Shown here: in pieces, positions 20,401 through 35,400 of the stretch
How positions within the stretch are numbered: position 1 is the first letter of the stretch
Layout of the letters: each line of letters begins with the position of its first letter
From: Podarcis tiliguerta
Taxonomy: Eukaryota
Assembly (NCBI GenBank): GCA_965153285.1
Contig: OZ229123.1
DNA length: 64,000 nt
Reading direction: 5' to 3' (one strand)
The notes under the pieces: generated by a model
Databases searched by the model: none
Told to the model about the DNA's origin: nothing
Seen by the model: only the letters and a program-made list of their open reading frames with translations
Position numbers and translations under genes: made by a program

Positions 20401-23400
20401 ACCCGGAAGTGTCTGCAGACAGCGCTGGCTCCCGGCCTATAGAGTGAGATGAGCGCACAACCCTAGAGTCTGTCAAGACTGGCCCGTATGGGCAGGGGTA
20501 CCTTTACCTTTACCTTAAAGCAGATGCTAGAGATTTGCGTGAACCTCCAGACCAATGAGTTAACTCGCTTTTCTTAAAATAACACAGGCTGTTCCCATCA
20601 CATCGCCATCCTCCACACCTCTATGAAGTCGCAAAGTTAAAATATGCAGTTGCACTGCCTCTTTTGAAAAGGTCTTGAGCCTTCAAAGTGTACAAGGAAC
20701 ACAATGCAAATCAAGTAGGTCCTTCCCTTAATGTGTCAGGGCAGCATTGGACTCATGGGAAAGCCAGGGACTGTTGTGTTCTTGCAGCCGGTAAGCCGTT
20801 TTAACTATTTTGCTGTATTGGAACACAGCCCCATTTCGCAGTGTTACCCGTTTCCTACAGTTGCCAGCCAGAGGCACCTGGGCCCTCACAAGCAAGGAAG
20901 CGACAACACCAGCTGACTCCCGTCCAGATACCTGCATAATGGCGCTGAACTGTGCTTCGTTCTCCATCTGCTCGTCAGCTACGCCTCTCTGGACACTCGC
21001 CAGAATGCTGGACTTGAAAAAGTACCGCCAGTTGTGATGAAGGACCCGGAAAAGCAGCTCAAACAGTTCAGCTTTCACATCGGGAGAGGATCGCTTGGGG
21101 ACAAAGGGAAAGCACGCAGGAAGTCACCACACGCCCATCGCCAGAACGGCTCTCATTACCAGCACAGCCCAAGGCGGATGGTCAGAGAGGGAGGCGTTTG
21201 CTATGCAGCAGAAGAAGGCAGCAGTCATGGGTTAGTGCTGCAGTTGCACACCCTTTAAGCACTGGCCCTCTCGAAAAGAAAGTAAGATGACCATCTGATT
21301 TTCAATCCCTATTCCACCCAATGAAAGTTTAATGGCAGCTTATTTCCATGCAATATTCAGTCCTCTTCTTTCCACGGGGAAGCAAAATAATAAACAGTGC
21401 CATTGCTTTCCTGACAATTTTAATTCCCGCGGATAGTTTGGCTGCTGCCTACCTCCTCCCTGCCATTGGTCTCGCCATGTGTGAACAAAGCACCCGAGGA
21501 CAGATCACTTGGCAGTGTCTGAAAAATGGATCCTTTATAAAGGAGTCTATTTGTGCATCTGACTGCAAACCACCAAGTGGTGTACATCTGTTACAGAGAA
21601 GCCCTAAGGGCTTCTCAGGGGTGTGGCTTCACTGCTGTCCCATGATTCGGACCCTGCAAGAGCTTCTGCCTTGCCCCATCCCCTTCTGTCTCTCACCCAG
21701 CCCCAGGATGGCCCTACCTCCGCAACGATTGGGTAGACTTGCTCCATGCAGAGTGAGATGATGTTGGGTAAGAAAGGCTTGAAGACTTGGCCTGGCTCTT
21801 GCACCACCACCTGAAGGATCCTCAGAAATTTCTCTACCACTCGGCACCCGGTGCTCCCGTCATGGAGGATGCTCTCGGCCAGCTGCTCTCTAAGGGCACA
21901 ACACAAAAAACAATTAAGCTTTCAGGAAGACTTGGGTCTAGCTGTAGAGCATTTGTTTGCAGGCAGTAAATGCATAGAGACTTCCCCGTCCCCTCTAAAA
22001 TCTGAGCTACATACCAGTCTCAAAAGCGAGCTCCATCCTATTATTACATATTCATGTTCTGTGTCAAAGAAACAGCAGCAAAAGATTAGCGACAGAAAGT
22101 TGAGCGGGTTACCTGGTGAACATGTTGAGGAACGTCTGTATGACCTGCTCGGTGAAAGGCACACCCATCTGCACCCTCAGCCCTTGAAAGAGGGTGAGGA
22201 AGAAGCTCAGCATTTCATCTGTCACATCTGGAAATGGGAAGGCGGAGGAGCCAAAAAGGAAAGCGTTAACAAAAAAAGCATTGTTTTGACATGTGACTGT
22301 TCTTGGGCAGGAGCCACCTTTGCTATTTGACACTGGACTGGCAAAGTGAATCCTCCCCTGGCACCTACTGCACAGCTAATGCCAAAGGCTTGACATCTTA
22401 GCCCTCAACCAGCAGGTTCGAGAAATGGACAGCTAAGCAGCTGGTGACAAGGCTCTGAGTGTTATCAGTATAATAGCATGTACAGTGGTACCTCGGGTTA
22501 AGTACTTAATTCGTTCCAGAGGTCCGTACTTAACCTGAAACTGTTCTTAACCTGAAGCACTTTAGCTAATGGGGCCTCCTGCTGCTGCTGACGTGCCGCC
22601 AGAGCACGATTTCTGTTCTCATCCTGAAGCAAAGTTCTTAACCTGAAGCACTATTTCTGGGTTAGCAGAGTCTGTAACCTGAAGCGTATGTAACCTGAAG
22701 TGTATGTAACCCGAGGTACCACTGTACAGCCCCACAGTCAATGGCAAGGCACTGGATTAGTGCACAGAATGGTTTAGATTGAACTCTAGTGGCTGGCTGC
22801 GGAAACGCAGGACTGTAAAAAAAAAAATCTCTGACACCTGACCCTAATCTCTGTTAGAGGGTGGCCTATATACATATAGAAAATAAAAAACCAATAAAAT
22901 AAAATAAATACTTGAAATGAACAGTAACCGCAAGCGAACAACCATACTTAGTGTTACAGTTGTGCACCTTCTCAAAAAGAAGTCATGCTGAACTCAGGGA
23001 GGGCTCACACCCATTACTCACTTTGACATTTACAGTCAAATTTTTGTCATGTTTACAGGTATTTGTGATTTTAGATGCTCTGCTCCTCTTGCGGGCTCAC
23101 ACCCTTGCTCTAGGTTGATTTTTAGCACCAATGTTGGACCACAGTTTAGGGTTGGATGCGAGGTTTTGTGTGACAGCAATTAACTTGCTCAGCCACTATG
23201 AAACATTTTATACACTTTTTAGTTTTTGTACCATTTGGTATAGTACTGACATGCGGTGGCTGCTGCTTAGCTTGGTGCTGATATATGATTGCATTGGAAT
23301 GTTTATTTGTCATTAATTGATCCGTTTTAACAATCAATAGCTTGTTTTATTATCATTTTTAAATATTATAACATTCAGATAAATCAAGCTATTTATTTGA

Positions 23401-26400
23401 TGGTCATGTTATGTTTGAAATGACAGAATTTTTGATTGCTATTGTAATGAAGCGTTGTATTTGTATTTTTGTTACTGCTTTCAGTAACAAAGCTGCTTTC
23501 AGCAAATTTATATGGAAAAGCAACATACAATTTAAAACAAATAAACAAATTACAAGTGGGCTATGGGTCGTAATCTAGAGTTGTATCCTTGGGTTGCAAT
23601 CCAACATGTTTTCTGTAGGTACACAAGAAGAGGGCATGTGCTGGCTGGAAACATACAGAGCCAAGTGCTAAGACTTAGCAATGCAGGATCAAAACTGAAG
23701 TTCAGCACCGCATGAGGCACCTGAGCAAAAAACCACAGACCTCTTACATATGTAGGAACATAGGAATCTGCCTTATACAGTGTCAGCCAAGGTTGTTTTA
23801 AAGTTCAGAGGCATAAAATAATTTACACACAATATATTTTAGCTCTTTTCGCCCTTCTCCACCCAAATTATTGCCCCCTGACACCTTGGATCTGAGGGAA
23901 CCTGGACGACTGAGCAGGTGAGAGTTATTTCTCCAATTTAGTGATGGCCACCAGATAATAAAGACTCCTACTGGCTGAGACAAAGCAAGCATTCCTCCAG
24001 AAAGAGCGGATCGTGACCGGTTGGGTTTAAGCCGGTACAGCTAGGAAGTTGAATTCTTGGATCCCCTGCATTGCAAATTCCCAACATTTACCTGGGCACA
24101 ATATGATAAGCATTTCTTGCTTGTAGCCACAGGCCATTGTAAGTACAATAAAATACAAAAGACGAAGCAGAAGCAAATTTAATCCCACTCAAAATGAAAT
24201 GACAGTTAAAGTCAATGTAAAAAACCATTTGGGGTTGCCCTTAATTTCTGCTTGCTCAAATTAACGAGTCACCTTTGCAAACCACCCACATTTAGTTCGA
24301 AAGCCTCATTCAGATTTTCTTCACTGCAGTGAAACCTGCTAGGACCTGTGTTCAAATTGTTCCCTGTACAGTGGTACCTCTGGTTACGTACTTACTTCAT
24401 TCCGGAGGTCCGTTCTTAACCTGAAACTGTTCTTAACCCGAAGCACCACTTTAGCTTATGGGGCCTCCCACTGCCGCTGCACCACTGGAGCACGATTTCT
24501 GTTCTCATCCTGACGCAAAGTTCTTAACCCGAGGTACTATTTCTGGGTCAGCAGAGTCTGTAAGCTGAAGCGTCTGTAACCTGAAGCGTATTTAACCTGA
24601 AGCATATGTAACCCGAGGTACCACTGTACATGGGAAAGATCAACCAGTTGGGACAGCCCAGTGCCATGCATAGTGCCATCTTGATTCCTGATGAATATTC
24701 TCAACACAAGTGGGGGGGGGGGCAGGAATTAATGTGGCGCCGGCAGCGCCTGTACAACCATGGCAGCCCGATGGGACTTCTTGCCAAGTACAGGTGAGAG
24801 CTCCTGAATGACCCACGCCTGGAAAGGCTGCCCTGTGGTTATACCTGACTGATGAATGAAAGCTGGGAAGAGGGCTAGTGAGACCTGCACAGACTCCTGT
24901 AGTGACTGGTAGCAGAGCTGGCGGGACTTGGTGGCTTCCCCAGAGATGCTTTCCACGATATCTTCCAAGACGCTGAGAGTCTGATGGATAACTGTCTTGG
25001 CTGCAAAATCAAGAGAGGATATTCAAACCATCAGCCCAGGGCACCAGTGGTGGTGAAAATAGATAAGTGTTAAGAGGTGGTAGCCCAAAATTCCCAAACC
25101 ATTTGCTGTGAGAAAATGGCTAGGTTTTCCATGGGAAATTACAAAAGGTAGACCCAAGACACCCATCCCAGAGGTGCATCTCTGTAAGATTCCCTACGCT
25201 GTCCTTGCCTCCTCCTAAACAGCTTCTACTGAGAATGGGTCAGTCTGTCCTGTCTCTGAAGAGACGCAGCATAATCACCAGAGTTGTGCACCCTGTCTGG
25301 GCAAATACAGGATCCCAAACCAAATTGGGCCATTCCAGGATTTGTCTAGGCAGCCCCAAACTGCTCCTGGTTGGATCCATCTGAAGTGATCCAGGGCTGC
25401 CAAACGAGGAAGCAGCTGGTTGGTGGAAGAGGGAGGCGGAAATGATGGCGGTAGAGACATTGCCTCCTTATTCCCTCCCCACACCGATCAAGGCTTTAAA
25501 CCCCTGATTAAACATGCGGTTGCAAAAGTGCCTAAATCATTTCCTTCTCCCCCTCAACCACCAACCACAGGTTGAATTAGGATTTAAAACCTTAATTGAA
25601 GTGCTGCACAAGGTCTCCCTCATTGGGTTTGGGTAAGTGGGGAGCCTGCTGCAGTACACACTGCTTCCTGCCAAACAGCTGTTGAAGGGGTACCATGGCA
25701 TCCGCGAGAGCTCCCACATGCCATTTTGGTGCCCTTGGAGTATTTTTTTTCCTGGACTTTTGGCTCACTGGCATCCTTTTCAGGCTCTGAGGAAGGTTTC
25801 CTTGCGAGCCACAAGGACTTTCCAGCTGTCTCTTGCCATTTCAGGTTAGGAATTGACTGCCTGGTGCCACATGTATACAAAGTCACACACAAGTGGGGGA
25901 TGACTGTATTTATATAGTACCATTAGTGAACACAACACTTTACAGAGTACGAGAGATGCATTTGTCTAAACCTCGCAACCCCCAGCACCAATCCCCTTAT
26001 TTTCCCCAGTAGGACCAGCTGGAAGGGAAACAAAACTGATAGCAACCTCTCCTGGACTTAGGGGGACTTCAAGATCTCAATGTTACTCACAGCTATAAGT
26101 AAGGGTTAATTGCCAATGGACCATTGGGAACTGAGACATCAGTTATGCAAAGCTGCTATGTGAATACTTTGGCCAGAATGTCAGAGAGGTTTACTGATCC
26201 TTCTGTTCCGACTGTGCTAGCAGTTACTCTGCCATTGCTAACAAGGCCTGTATTGGGGGAACTTACTATCGTCCTGCTGTATTTTCCTCTGGGGCAAGAT
26301 GGCACTGGATTTCAGGCTGCGGTAATCCCTGGTAAGGGCGGAGATTAGGCTAGCATGGTTAGTCGAGCGAATGGCCCACTGCTGTTCACTTTCTGGGAGG

Positions 26401-29400
26401 TTTGGCCATGGCAGCAGCAGGATATTGGAGAGCGCTCGGCACACGAGTATCTGAGCCTGCGGAGAATAAGACAGATCAAACAAAAAGAAAAGAGGTAAGG
26501 AGGGAGATAGAGGAGGAGGAGCTGAGGAAACACAATCAGCAGCTCCGAAAGGGAAAAGGATGCTGGTGTCCAACCATTTATATGGGGTTGCCTTGACACT
26601 ACACTGCACAGACATGCCAACAGCAGAGCCAAAGAGCTTAGAGTCAACTGGCTTACTGAGCACTAAAAAGAAGAGGAGTTTGGATTTGATATCCCATTTT
26701 ATCACTACCCTAAGGAGTCTCAAAGCGGCTAACCATCTCCTTTCCTTTCCTCCCCCACAACGAACACTCTTTGAGTGAGGCTGAGAGACTTCAGAGAAGT
26801 GTGATTAGCCCAAGATCACCCAGCAGCTGCATGTGGAGGAGCGGGGAAGCGAACCCGGTTCACCAGATTACGAGTCTACCGCTCTTAACCACTACACCAC
26901 ACTGGCTCTAAGCAAAACACACGTGCGTGGTTCAGATGCATGCTGCTCCTCTCCCCTCTCTTTATTGGAAGCAGCTGTGAGATCGGAAGCAGGCCACTTC
27001 TAAGCTATCCAGAATTACTTCTTGTGTCTGAACCATCTACAGTCAACGGACGTGCAGTGGTGTTGCTCCGCTATCCAATAATAATAATAATAATAATTTA
27101 TTATTTGTACCCCGCCCATCTGGCTGGGTTTCCCCAGCCACTCTGGGCGGCTTCCATAGAAACAAAAAATACAGTAAAATCCAAGCCAATACAATGGCAG
27201 CTCGCTCACTAAGTCCCACCGTACCTTATCAGGGAGGCGCTGAGCAGAAGTATCTGTGATCCTGTTGAACATTTTCTGGACAGCTGGGATGCTGATAAGA
27301 AACACTGGCCGTACTGTGGTGGCCAAGGAGACGAGCAGGTGGCAGGAGGACAACAGTAACTTCTCTTGTACCTGAGCAGGGCGGGAGGGGGGGCAGGAGG
27401 ACAGAGATCTTCAGCCTCTTTTGTAACTGAATCAACAGAAGGGTTTGATCCAGAAGATTCAGAAACGGTACATAAGAGTGAACAGGTTTGTTGTGGCTGC
27501 TACTCGACGGAGGGGCAGCTGAAGGACATGCACTGGTCTTCTGGAACCTCTTCAACAGCTTATGAATGGGGAGTCAACCAGCAGCAACAATAACCTAGCC
27601 AGAATACTGCTTACGCTGCTCTTTCAGCCCATGATTACAAGAGGCAGCAAGAAGTTTAAGACCTCTCAGGAGTTCTGAGGGAGAGCAATTTATCAAAAAG
27701 CTAAGCCAGCCTCCCCAATTGGCGACAAGGAAGACAAAAGACAGGAGCAGCCAGAACCCAACCTGAAAAGTTTTGGAGAGGACTGCAGCTCAACCACTGC
27801 TCTAAACAGCACAGGATGGACAGAGGAGAACCAGGTTGGAGGCAAAGTTTTCATGCTCTGGTTCTGTTTTTTTGAATGGTGATCTCTAGTCTTTTGTTCT
27901 CCTGAGCACTCTCTTTGAAAGATCACCTTCCACCCAAGAAAGGGAAACTCATACTGCTGCAAAATGGTAGGTCAACCCAGCAGCAGTTCACTACTGACAG
28001 TTCAAATGAGGCAGCTTCCCATTATACACATTGACCAATAATTTAGGTCCCCTGCACAAGAATGGCCACCTTGCCCGGCAAAAGAGGGATAGTTTCAAGG
28101 CTTGGTTTTGTACACAATGGCTGATGCCGCTGGGTCATGCATTGTACCTTAGAACTGATTAGTGGAGTGATTGCTTCCAGGGCAGTAGAGACGAGGGAGA
28201 CAAATTGTGTGGGGTTTTGCCGATGAACTTCACCATAGAACTGTGCTAGCCAGTGACAGTAAGCCTGCAGGGCTGCAAGGGATTGTGCATGCCTAGAGGA
28301 ACAGAGAGACACAGAATCTCAAATGTAAGATGAAGGGAATAGAAGTACACAAGACCAATAATCTTCAGGTCTACTCATTTCCAGTTGTGTATCTGACTTG
28401 AACCCTGGCTTCCTAGGTCTAACATGCTAATCCAGCCTTTCTCAACCTGGGTCCCCAGATGTTGTTGGACTACAACTCCCATCATCCCTGACCACTAGTC
28501 AACCCAAGGCTGAGAAAGGCTGCATCATGTAGGCTCTGCGAAACTGGTTGGTTGGGCTCAGGTCATAGCAGTCCATGACATCATTTGGTTGGGGCAGTTG
28601 CATCATGAGGAAGTGAGCAACACAGAGGAAAGGATATGAGACACATGAGCTGGGCCTATGGAGTCAAGGAGTGAAAACATCTGACATTCCTAGCAATGCC
28701 ATAATCTATTAAAAGGACTGTTGACAAGCTGCTACAGAAGCTGCACAGACCACAGTGGCACTCTGACCGTGCAACTCCCTCCCACAGGACATGGAGAAGC
28801 AAAACTTTGGGCGCATTGTTTAGCCTTGGGATAAGGAGGATCGCCAGCTGGGAAGGGACGTCTGGTGGGGCTGGGCTGTGGTCATTCAGACTCTGCTGGG
28901 CCCCTCTGATTTCCTGTGCAGGAAAGATCTTTCGCAACCCCCATCACTATCAACGACTGCAGGGTGAAGAACTCTAGAGAGTTCCCTTGCATAGGTACAA
29001 AACATGTCTTTTGGCTTCAGTAAGGAACCAGACTTCAAGTGAGCATTTCCAAAACACTTTCTAACACTGCATTTTTTATTATTATATCATACTCACACAT
29101 CAATAAGGTCAGGTTTCAGGACAGATGGCACAGCAGTTTCAATATTGTAGAGTTTAATCTGGGACCCATATAGAGTTACCTTGACCAGTCTGTGGGAGGA
29201 GATAAGAGGCAAGGAAATGAGGAAAAGTGGGACGCAATAATATACAGAATCCTCTGCTATCTTGAACATAAACCCTGCTTTAAGTTGGATGCACAGAATC
29301 TATGCACAAAAGGGAAAGGATGGGAACGTGTGTCCCATTTTGCCCATTTATAAGTAATGCTGGTGGAAGACATTTTGGGGCCTGATGTTGTGATCAATTG

Positions 29401-32400
29401 CTTTTAGCAATTAAATATTTAAAAAATGATTTTCATGTTTATACATTTCACTAATTTTACAATCATTTTAACATTTCAATACTTGACTTCCTTCCCCCTC
29501 TTTCTGCAGTTCCTTAATTTTTAAAAAATATCTTCTGCATATCCAAATTAACTTAATCTGCTCATTTATTCATCTACTTTAAATATATACTCTTATGAAA
29601 CTGCAGGTTATTACGCTAATCCTGCCAATGTTCTTATCTGTTTACAATTTATCTGTAAATATTCAATAAACCAATTCCATTCTTTTATAAAAAGTTTGTT
29701 ATCTTGATTTCTTATTCTTCTGGTAAGTTTCGCCATTTCTGCATATTCCATAAGTTTTTGTACCCATTCTTCCTTTGCTGGGACTTCTGCTTCTTTCCAT
29801 TTTTGGGCGAGTAACATTCTTGCCACTGCAGTAGCATACATGAATAAGTTTCTATGCAGTTTAGGTAGTTCTGTTCCTTTAATTCCCAAAAGAAACGTTT
29901 CTTCTTTTTTGTTTTTTACAAATGTTTATTTGTTTCTAACTTCTTATTGAATAGCTACTTTGAGCTATTCAAAGGAAAAGTAGAACGTCCTTTTTGGATA
30001 CAGTCCTTCAGAACAAATAAGGAGTCTGAAGACATCTGATCTAACCCTCATCCAGCCTGCCAAACTTTACAAGTAATATGTTCTACTGCAGGGGTGGGAG
30101 GCTGGATCTGACAGGTGGGCAAGATCATGGCATCCCCATCTGCTGTCGGTGACTTTGACAGGTGGGCAGGACCAAACCCAGCACCCCTGCGTTTAGTGCT
30201 GAATGTAAATATCGCTTGCTGCGGGTACAGATCTACCTTGGATTGCATTTCACAGCAAATTTACAAAGGTGCCAAATACAAATTCCAGTTGCAGATAAAC
30301 AACCAGAGGTGAACTTTCCGGCTCATTAGTCCTTTGCAGCTGGCTTTGCCTGAGGTCATATCACATCAGTGTGGGACAGATGAGGAAATAGGGCTTCCTG
30401 GGTCAAATCAGGATCCTTGCCTGCTTTGGCCCACAGGTAAGAGGCTTGCATGCCTGTCTTACCACTTCCGCTGTCACTGCCAGTCAGTGAAGGAAATACT
30501 GAGCAAGACAGACCAGTGGCCTGATTTGGTATAAAGCATCTTTCTATTTTCTACATTGGAAGCACAACACCCATAATCACGGCTGAATATTGTAATCACT
30601 GGTGTTTATATTTTGGCGCCATAATGGGTTTGCTTTATAGTGTATTTGAATTATGGTGGGTTTTTTAAAAATTTCAGCATTTTAACAATGCTGTGCTATT
30701 GATTTCCATGTTTTATTTATTTATTTTATCTATTTAACTGCATTTATAGGCTGCTTAATCATTAGCATTTCTAAGCAGTGTGTGTAAACTGCTCAGGAGT
30801 CACCTTGGCATTTGGCAGCATAAAGAACAGCAGGATTCTCTTAGGACTGCACGTAAAGACCTACAAAAGGCGTATCATAAAGACAGACAGCGGCTGGAGC
30901 TGAAATGCCAGCAGCTATTAGCAGGCCTGTCCCAGAATCCAACTCTACAAGAGGGTCACGCTGCCTACCTCTCCACTACAGTATGAGCATCACTGAACCT
31001 CGCGGCAAACATGTCCCCCGTGAAGTACTCGGCTAACCGACCAACTGCTTGGAGCAAGGAGCTGAGGTCGCGCAAGGAGCAGTGTAAGCGCCGGCAGTCG
31101 TTCTCTGCAGTGATGTTCAGCCTGTGACCTGAAAGGACAGCATGAGCCAGTGGGAATAAAAATGCAAGGAGAAACTGGAATGCAAGTGCTTCTGCTAATA
31201 GGGACAAATTACTGCCCATTAAGGTGATTTAAAGAAATGGCTGTCTCCTGAACAAACTCTTCATAGAATTCAAATACAAAGATTGTCCGAAGCCATAACC
31301 TTGTAACACACAAGGCACTCATAGGAGAAATCTAATTATGCAGATAGCTTGCCAGGAAATGAAACATTTACCGTAATTACATTACATGCATTTGCTCTGC
31401 ATTAGCTGTCTTGCAGGTCACAGTTCAAGCGCCGAATGCAAGCAAGATTGCTAAATTACGCAGCTTAGAAAGGGGCATTGTTAAAGAGGACATTGGGATT
31501 TTAATCTTTACTAATTATTTGCAGCTCTTTTCCTCCCAAAAGGCTAAAATATTTTTCAGAACAGCGTGGCCCCGCTTTACCACACAAGCAACAACAGGGA
31601 CCCAAACAGCAGAAGTCAAAGTAGTTTAATCAGAGATAGAAAATCCTGATTGGTTCAAGGGGGTGGGCTCTATACAACTGCAACATAGAGAAGCTGCGCG
31701 TTTCTAATATCCGCTGCTGAAGAGCACACCCACAAGAAAACACACCGGCACCCTCAATCCTCTTAAGAAGATGGCACCTCTGGCCACAAAATTAATATTG
31801 CTTTGACTCCTGCTGTTCAACTGGAAGTACTAAATCCCAGTGTGTTTTCTTGTGGGTGTGCTCTTCAGCAGTGGATATACTTTGGTGGGGAAGGAGTCGA
31901 AACTGCCCCAGCCCCTAGGAGTTGGCATGCCTGTTGTTGGTGGTTACCAGCCATTTTGACCTTGAACATGCCTAGCCTCTACACGGGGCTGCCTTTCAGT
32001 CTGTGCAGAATGTGGCAGCCAGATTCCTAACTTGTCTGGGTGTTCTCATCTTCTCTCAGACCTCTCCTGCATTAATTGCAGAGGTTCTTGGTCTGTTGCT
32101 GGCCCAAATTCAAACTGTCAGTTTGACCTTGAACATCTAGGGGTCCAAAAAACAGCCCATCTCCAAATATACCTTTCTGTACCTTAACATGTTCAGCAGA
32201 AGGCTTTCCACAGAATGCCCTCACCATCTGAGGAGAGGTGGTTGGTTGGCAAGCAGAGGGCTTTCCCAGTGGTGGCATCCCAACTATGGAACAGCCTCAC
32301 CCTAAAGAGGCTTAACCTGGAATCATTTTTGTTATTTTGGTTCCAGGAAAAGGTCCTTTATATTATTTTTGTAAGCCTTTGTAATCTTTTTTTAAAAAAA

Positions 32401-35400
32401 TGTTTTACAGTCTGTTAACTGTTATATGCTGCTTCAGTTTTACTGCCTTATTAGTTATACCTGTATTTGAAAGTTTACTTCGATTAAGACACTTCAGAAA
32501 TAAAACTACTTAGGTGTCATACAAGGTGTTTATCCATACAAACTGTATGATTATATGGAATTTTATTAAAGGGCATGAAATAAAATACACCCCCCCCCAA
32601 AAAAAACCCCAAACTTGAGACAAGTTATATAATGCACATGTTTAAACACGTTTTTTTTTAAAAAAGTGCATATAAAAGTCATATTTCTGTAAGCCAAAAA
32701 GGAATATACAACAGGTAGAATGTATTAACCTCTATATAATGCAGATTAATATAGTTAGACACCATACAGAGTAAGCAAATTTTAGCTACTGGGATGTTTT
32801 TGCCAGTAAAAATTGCTGTTTATGTCCGTATGAACGTGCATACTTAAAGCAGTTTTCCCAAGTTAAAGAATGCCAGCTCAGTGATCAGCCCAATATTATA
32901 GAAACACAAACAGCACACAGACATGAGATTTCAAACACTGGTAGTTTGCCTTACCTGTTCCTGAATTGACTATGAATTGTTGGAGTCCCAGATATACATC
33001 TAGATTTTCCTGGAGAACTGGAAACTGCGAAGAAGAAAATAAGCATAACTACAAGGTCTTCAAATATAGTAACCATGTATAGTTCCCTGCTGTTTAGAAT
33101 CTGGACCTAAGGACAATTCATCTGTCACCTAAACCTTCATGGACAGGGAAAATAAAAGTTTGGGAGTTCAGGGGTGGTTCAGTATCATAGCCTTACAATG
33201 AAAAATGATGTCAATGGGACACTGCAGGAAAATGGTTGCCCTGGGAAAGAAGCTTTTCCAAAACAGGACTTGCTTTCTAATGGTCTGCAACAGGATCCAT
33301 AATGCTCTTAAATACATGTTCGCAGAACTGCACGGGTCCCAGTGGTCAACAGTAACATCCTCCATTGCCTTTACCCGGCATTCAAGTGCCCCAAAGGCTT
33401 CACACATGTTACTGCGGATGTTTATGAAGATAGGCAAGCACCAGTAAAGGTAATCACTGTTCCCATTTTTTGTCCCACCTTTATGCAGTGGCCGCCAAGG
33501 TAGCATATATGCAACAGTGACACACAAGAATACACAAAATAAAGCAGATTAACATAAACAGTGTCAGCCTTAGCAACAGGAGGGAAATAACCATGAACAA
33601 TTCCATAATGATAACCTGCCTGTAATCACCACCATCATAATGGGAGGACTTATGCTGAGAGTGCAGCTTGCTTTTAAGGTTCCCTAGTCAATTTATGGTG
33701 AAGGGAGAGCTGGATCAGATTTACAGCACAGCATCCTATGGTCAAAACTACGTGGCACTAAATATATCATTAGCAACAATGCCTGTGTTTTTAAAGACAG
33801 TATTAAGACGTCACTCCTCACACCTTGCATTTTTTGCCGGAAAAACTGTACATGAGAAAGGGAGGTTAAACCCTTCCTTTTCCAGTCACATTCCTGTCAT
33901 AAACTGCCCTACACTGCTCTGCAATTACTCTTAGAAATTGTTCCTACAGGTACTAATGTGACCCCCACACTCTCAGGTTAAATATTGCAATGTTGCCAGG
34001 GGGTGGAGGGTGGGGTAGCAGGATAGTGGTACGATCCCGTTCCACTGAAATCTGCCTCCCCCAGCTTAGTATTTTTTTAAACCCAGATGTAATGGCAAAC
34101 AAGGCATACAATGTCACATGCTAATATTGGCCAGGAAGGGAGGGGTTTAACCTGTCTCCAGTCTCTTGCAAACTTCCCCCAACAATGCACGTAGCACTAC
34201 ATGTGGTTTGTCACATTGATCATTTACAGCTACTGTTCGGCTAATGTACAGGTCAAGGGTCAGAGGATGAAGTGCTGAAAGACAGAAGTAGCAACACCAG
34301 CTCCTAAAATGTGAAAAGCCTCACAGCAGCCCCCCAACTGCAAGCCTTTAAACACACACCATGCTGCTAGATTTGCAATGTAGGTTTAAAAATGCACCAT
34401 CTGTTGGCAAACTGCAGCACTGAGTAGCACCAAGAGATGAGCAGGGAATCCCTGCCAGAAGTGTCAATCTCACACCCAGGAATTCTAAGTGCTAATCTAG
34501 CACCACCGGACAAGGAGATGGCATGCTGTGTTACTAGCCGGCAGGTATGTCACAGCTTTGCAACAGGGAAGCAAGATGGGAGACACAGGGAAATGATCAG
34601 ATGCCTTGGCTGCCATCCCAGGAGTCAATGTCACGTGGCAGGATTTAAACCGCATAGTTGTTCCAGCTAGGTCTATGAACTCAAAGCCTACCTCCTAGTG
34701 GGCAAAAGTTTAGCAGAGCCATCTCACACTACTACTAACTTGGCATGCTCCTTGTGGCAATAGTCGCAGAGAGGATGTACAAGATGCGATTTCTGCCAAG
34801 GAGGTGAGAAAACAGATATCCAGTCTCGAACTGGAACCCAAGGTGGAGGTGTGCCCATGTGAACGTGTATGATCTCATGACATGCGCATGCCAGCATGTC
34901 GCTGTTAAAGGAGTGGCCGACCCTCAAAATGGAACCGTCAAAAAAAGGTTACGCAACATCCTGTGGCACACAGGAACACAACTGCCACCAAATACTTTCA
35001 CTTTACTTTCGCTTGCCAATTGATTTTAAGATTCCTTGAAAAGGTGAATGACTGAAGCACTGCTTGAAGTTAAGCTAATGCCTTTCGTATATGAAAGAAA
35101 CTTTGCAAGTGAGTCATGTGTACTGGGTATTTATTTATTTCTAAAGTTAATATTACTATTATTATTTGAGCCTCCATTCTAGGTCAGAAGGACCACAATC
35201 CTCAAACTCAAACATCTTTTCCCACCACCACCTACTTATCTGGCATGTTTATATCAGGACAACAGAACCTTGGGGTCAGGCTTTCGGTGAACTCAGTGGA
35301 GTGAAGACCGCAAACAGGCAATTCTTCTAACACCAGGAATTCCTGCTACATCTCACATCAAAAAGCAGGTCTTTGAAGTAATGGCATGGATCTGAAACTC

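Noticed and set aside
22530-22710. Repeated taacctgaag units resembling a CRISPR-like array
   Set aside because: Internal repeats of a TIR-bounded MITE in a vertebrate intron; no regular unique spacers and no cas genes
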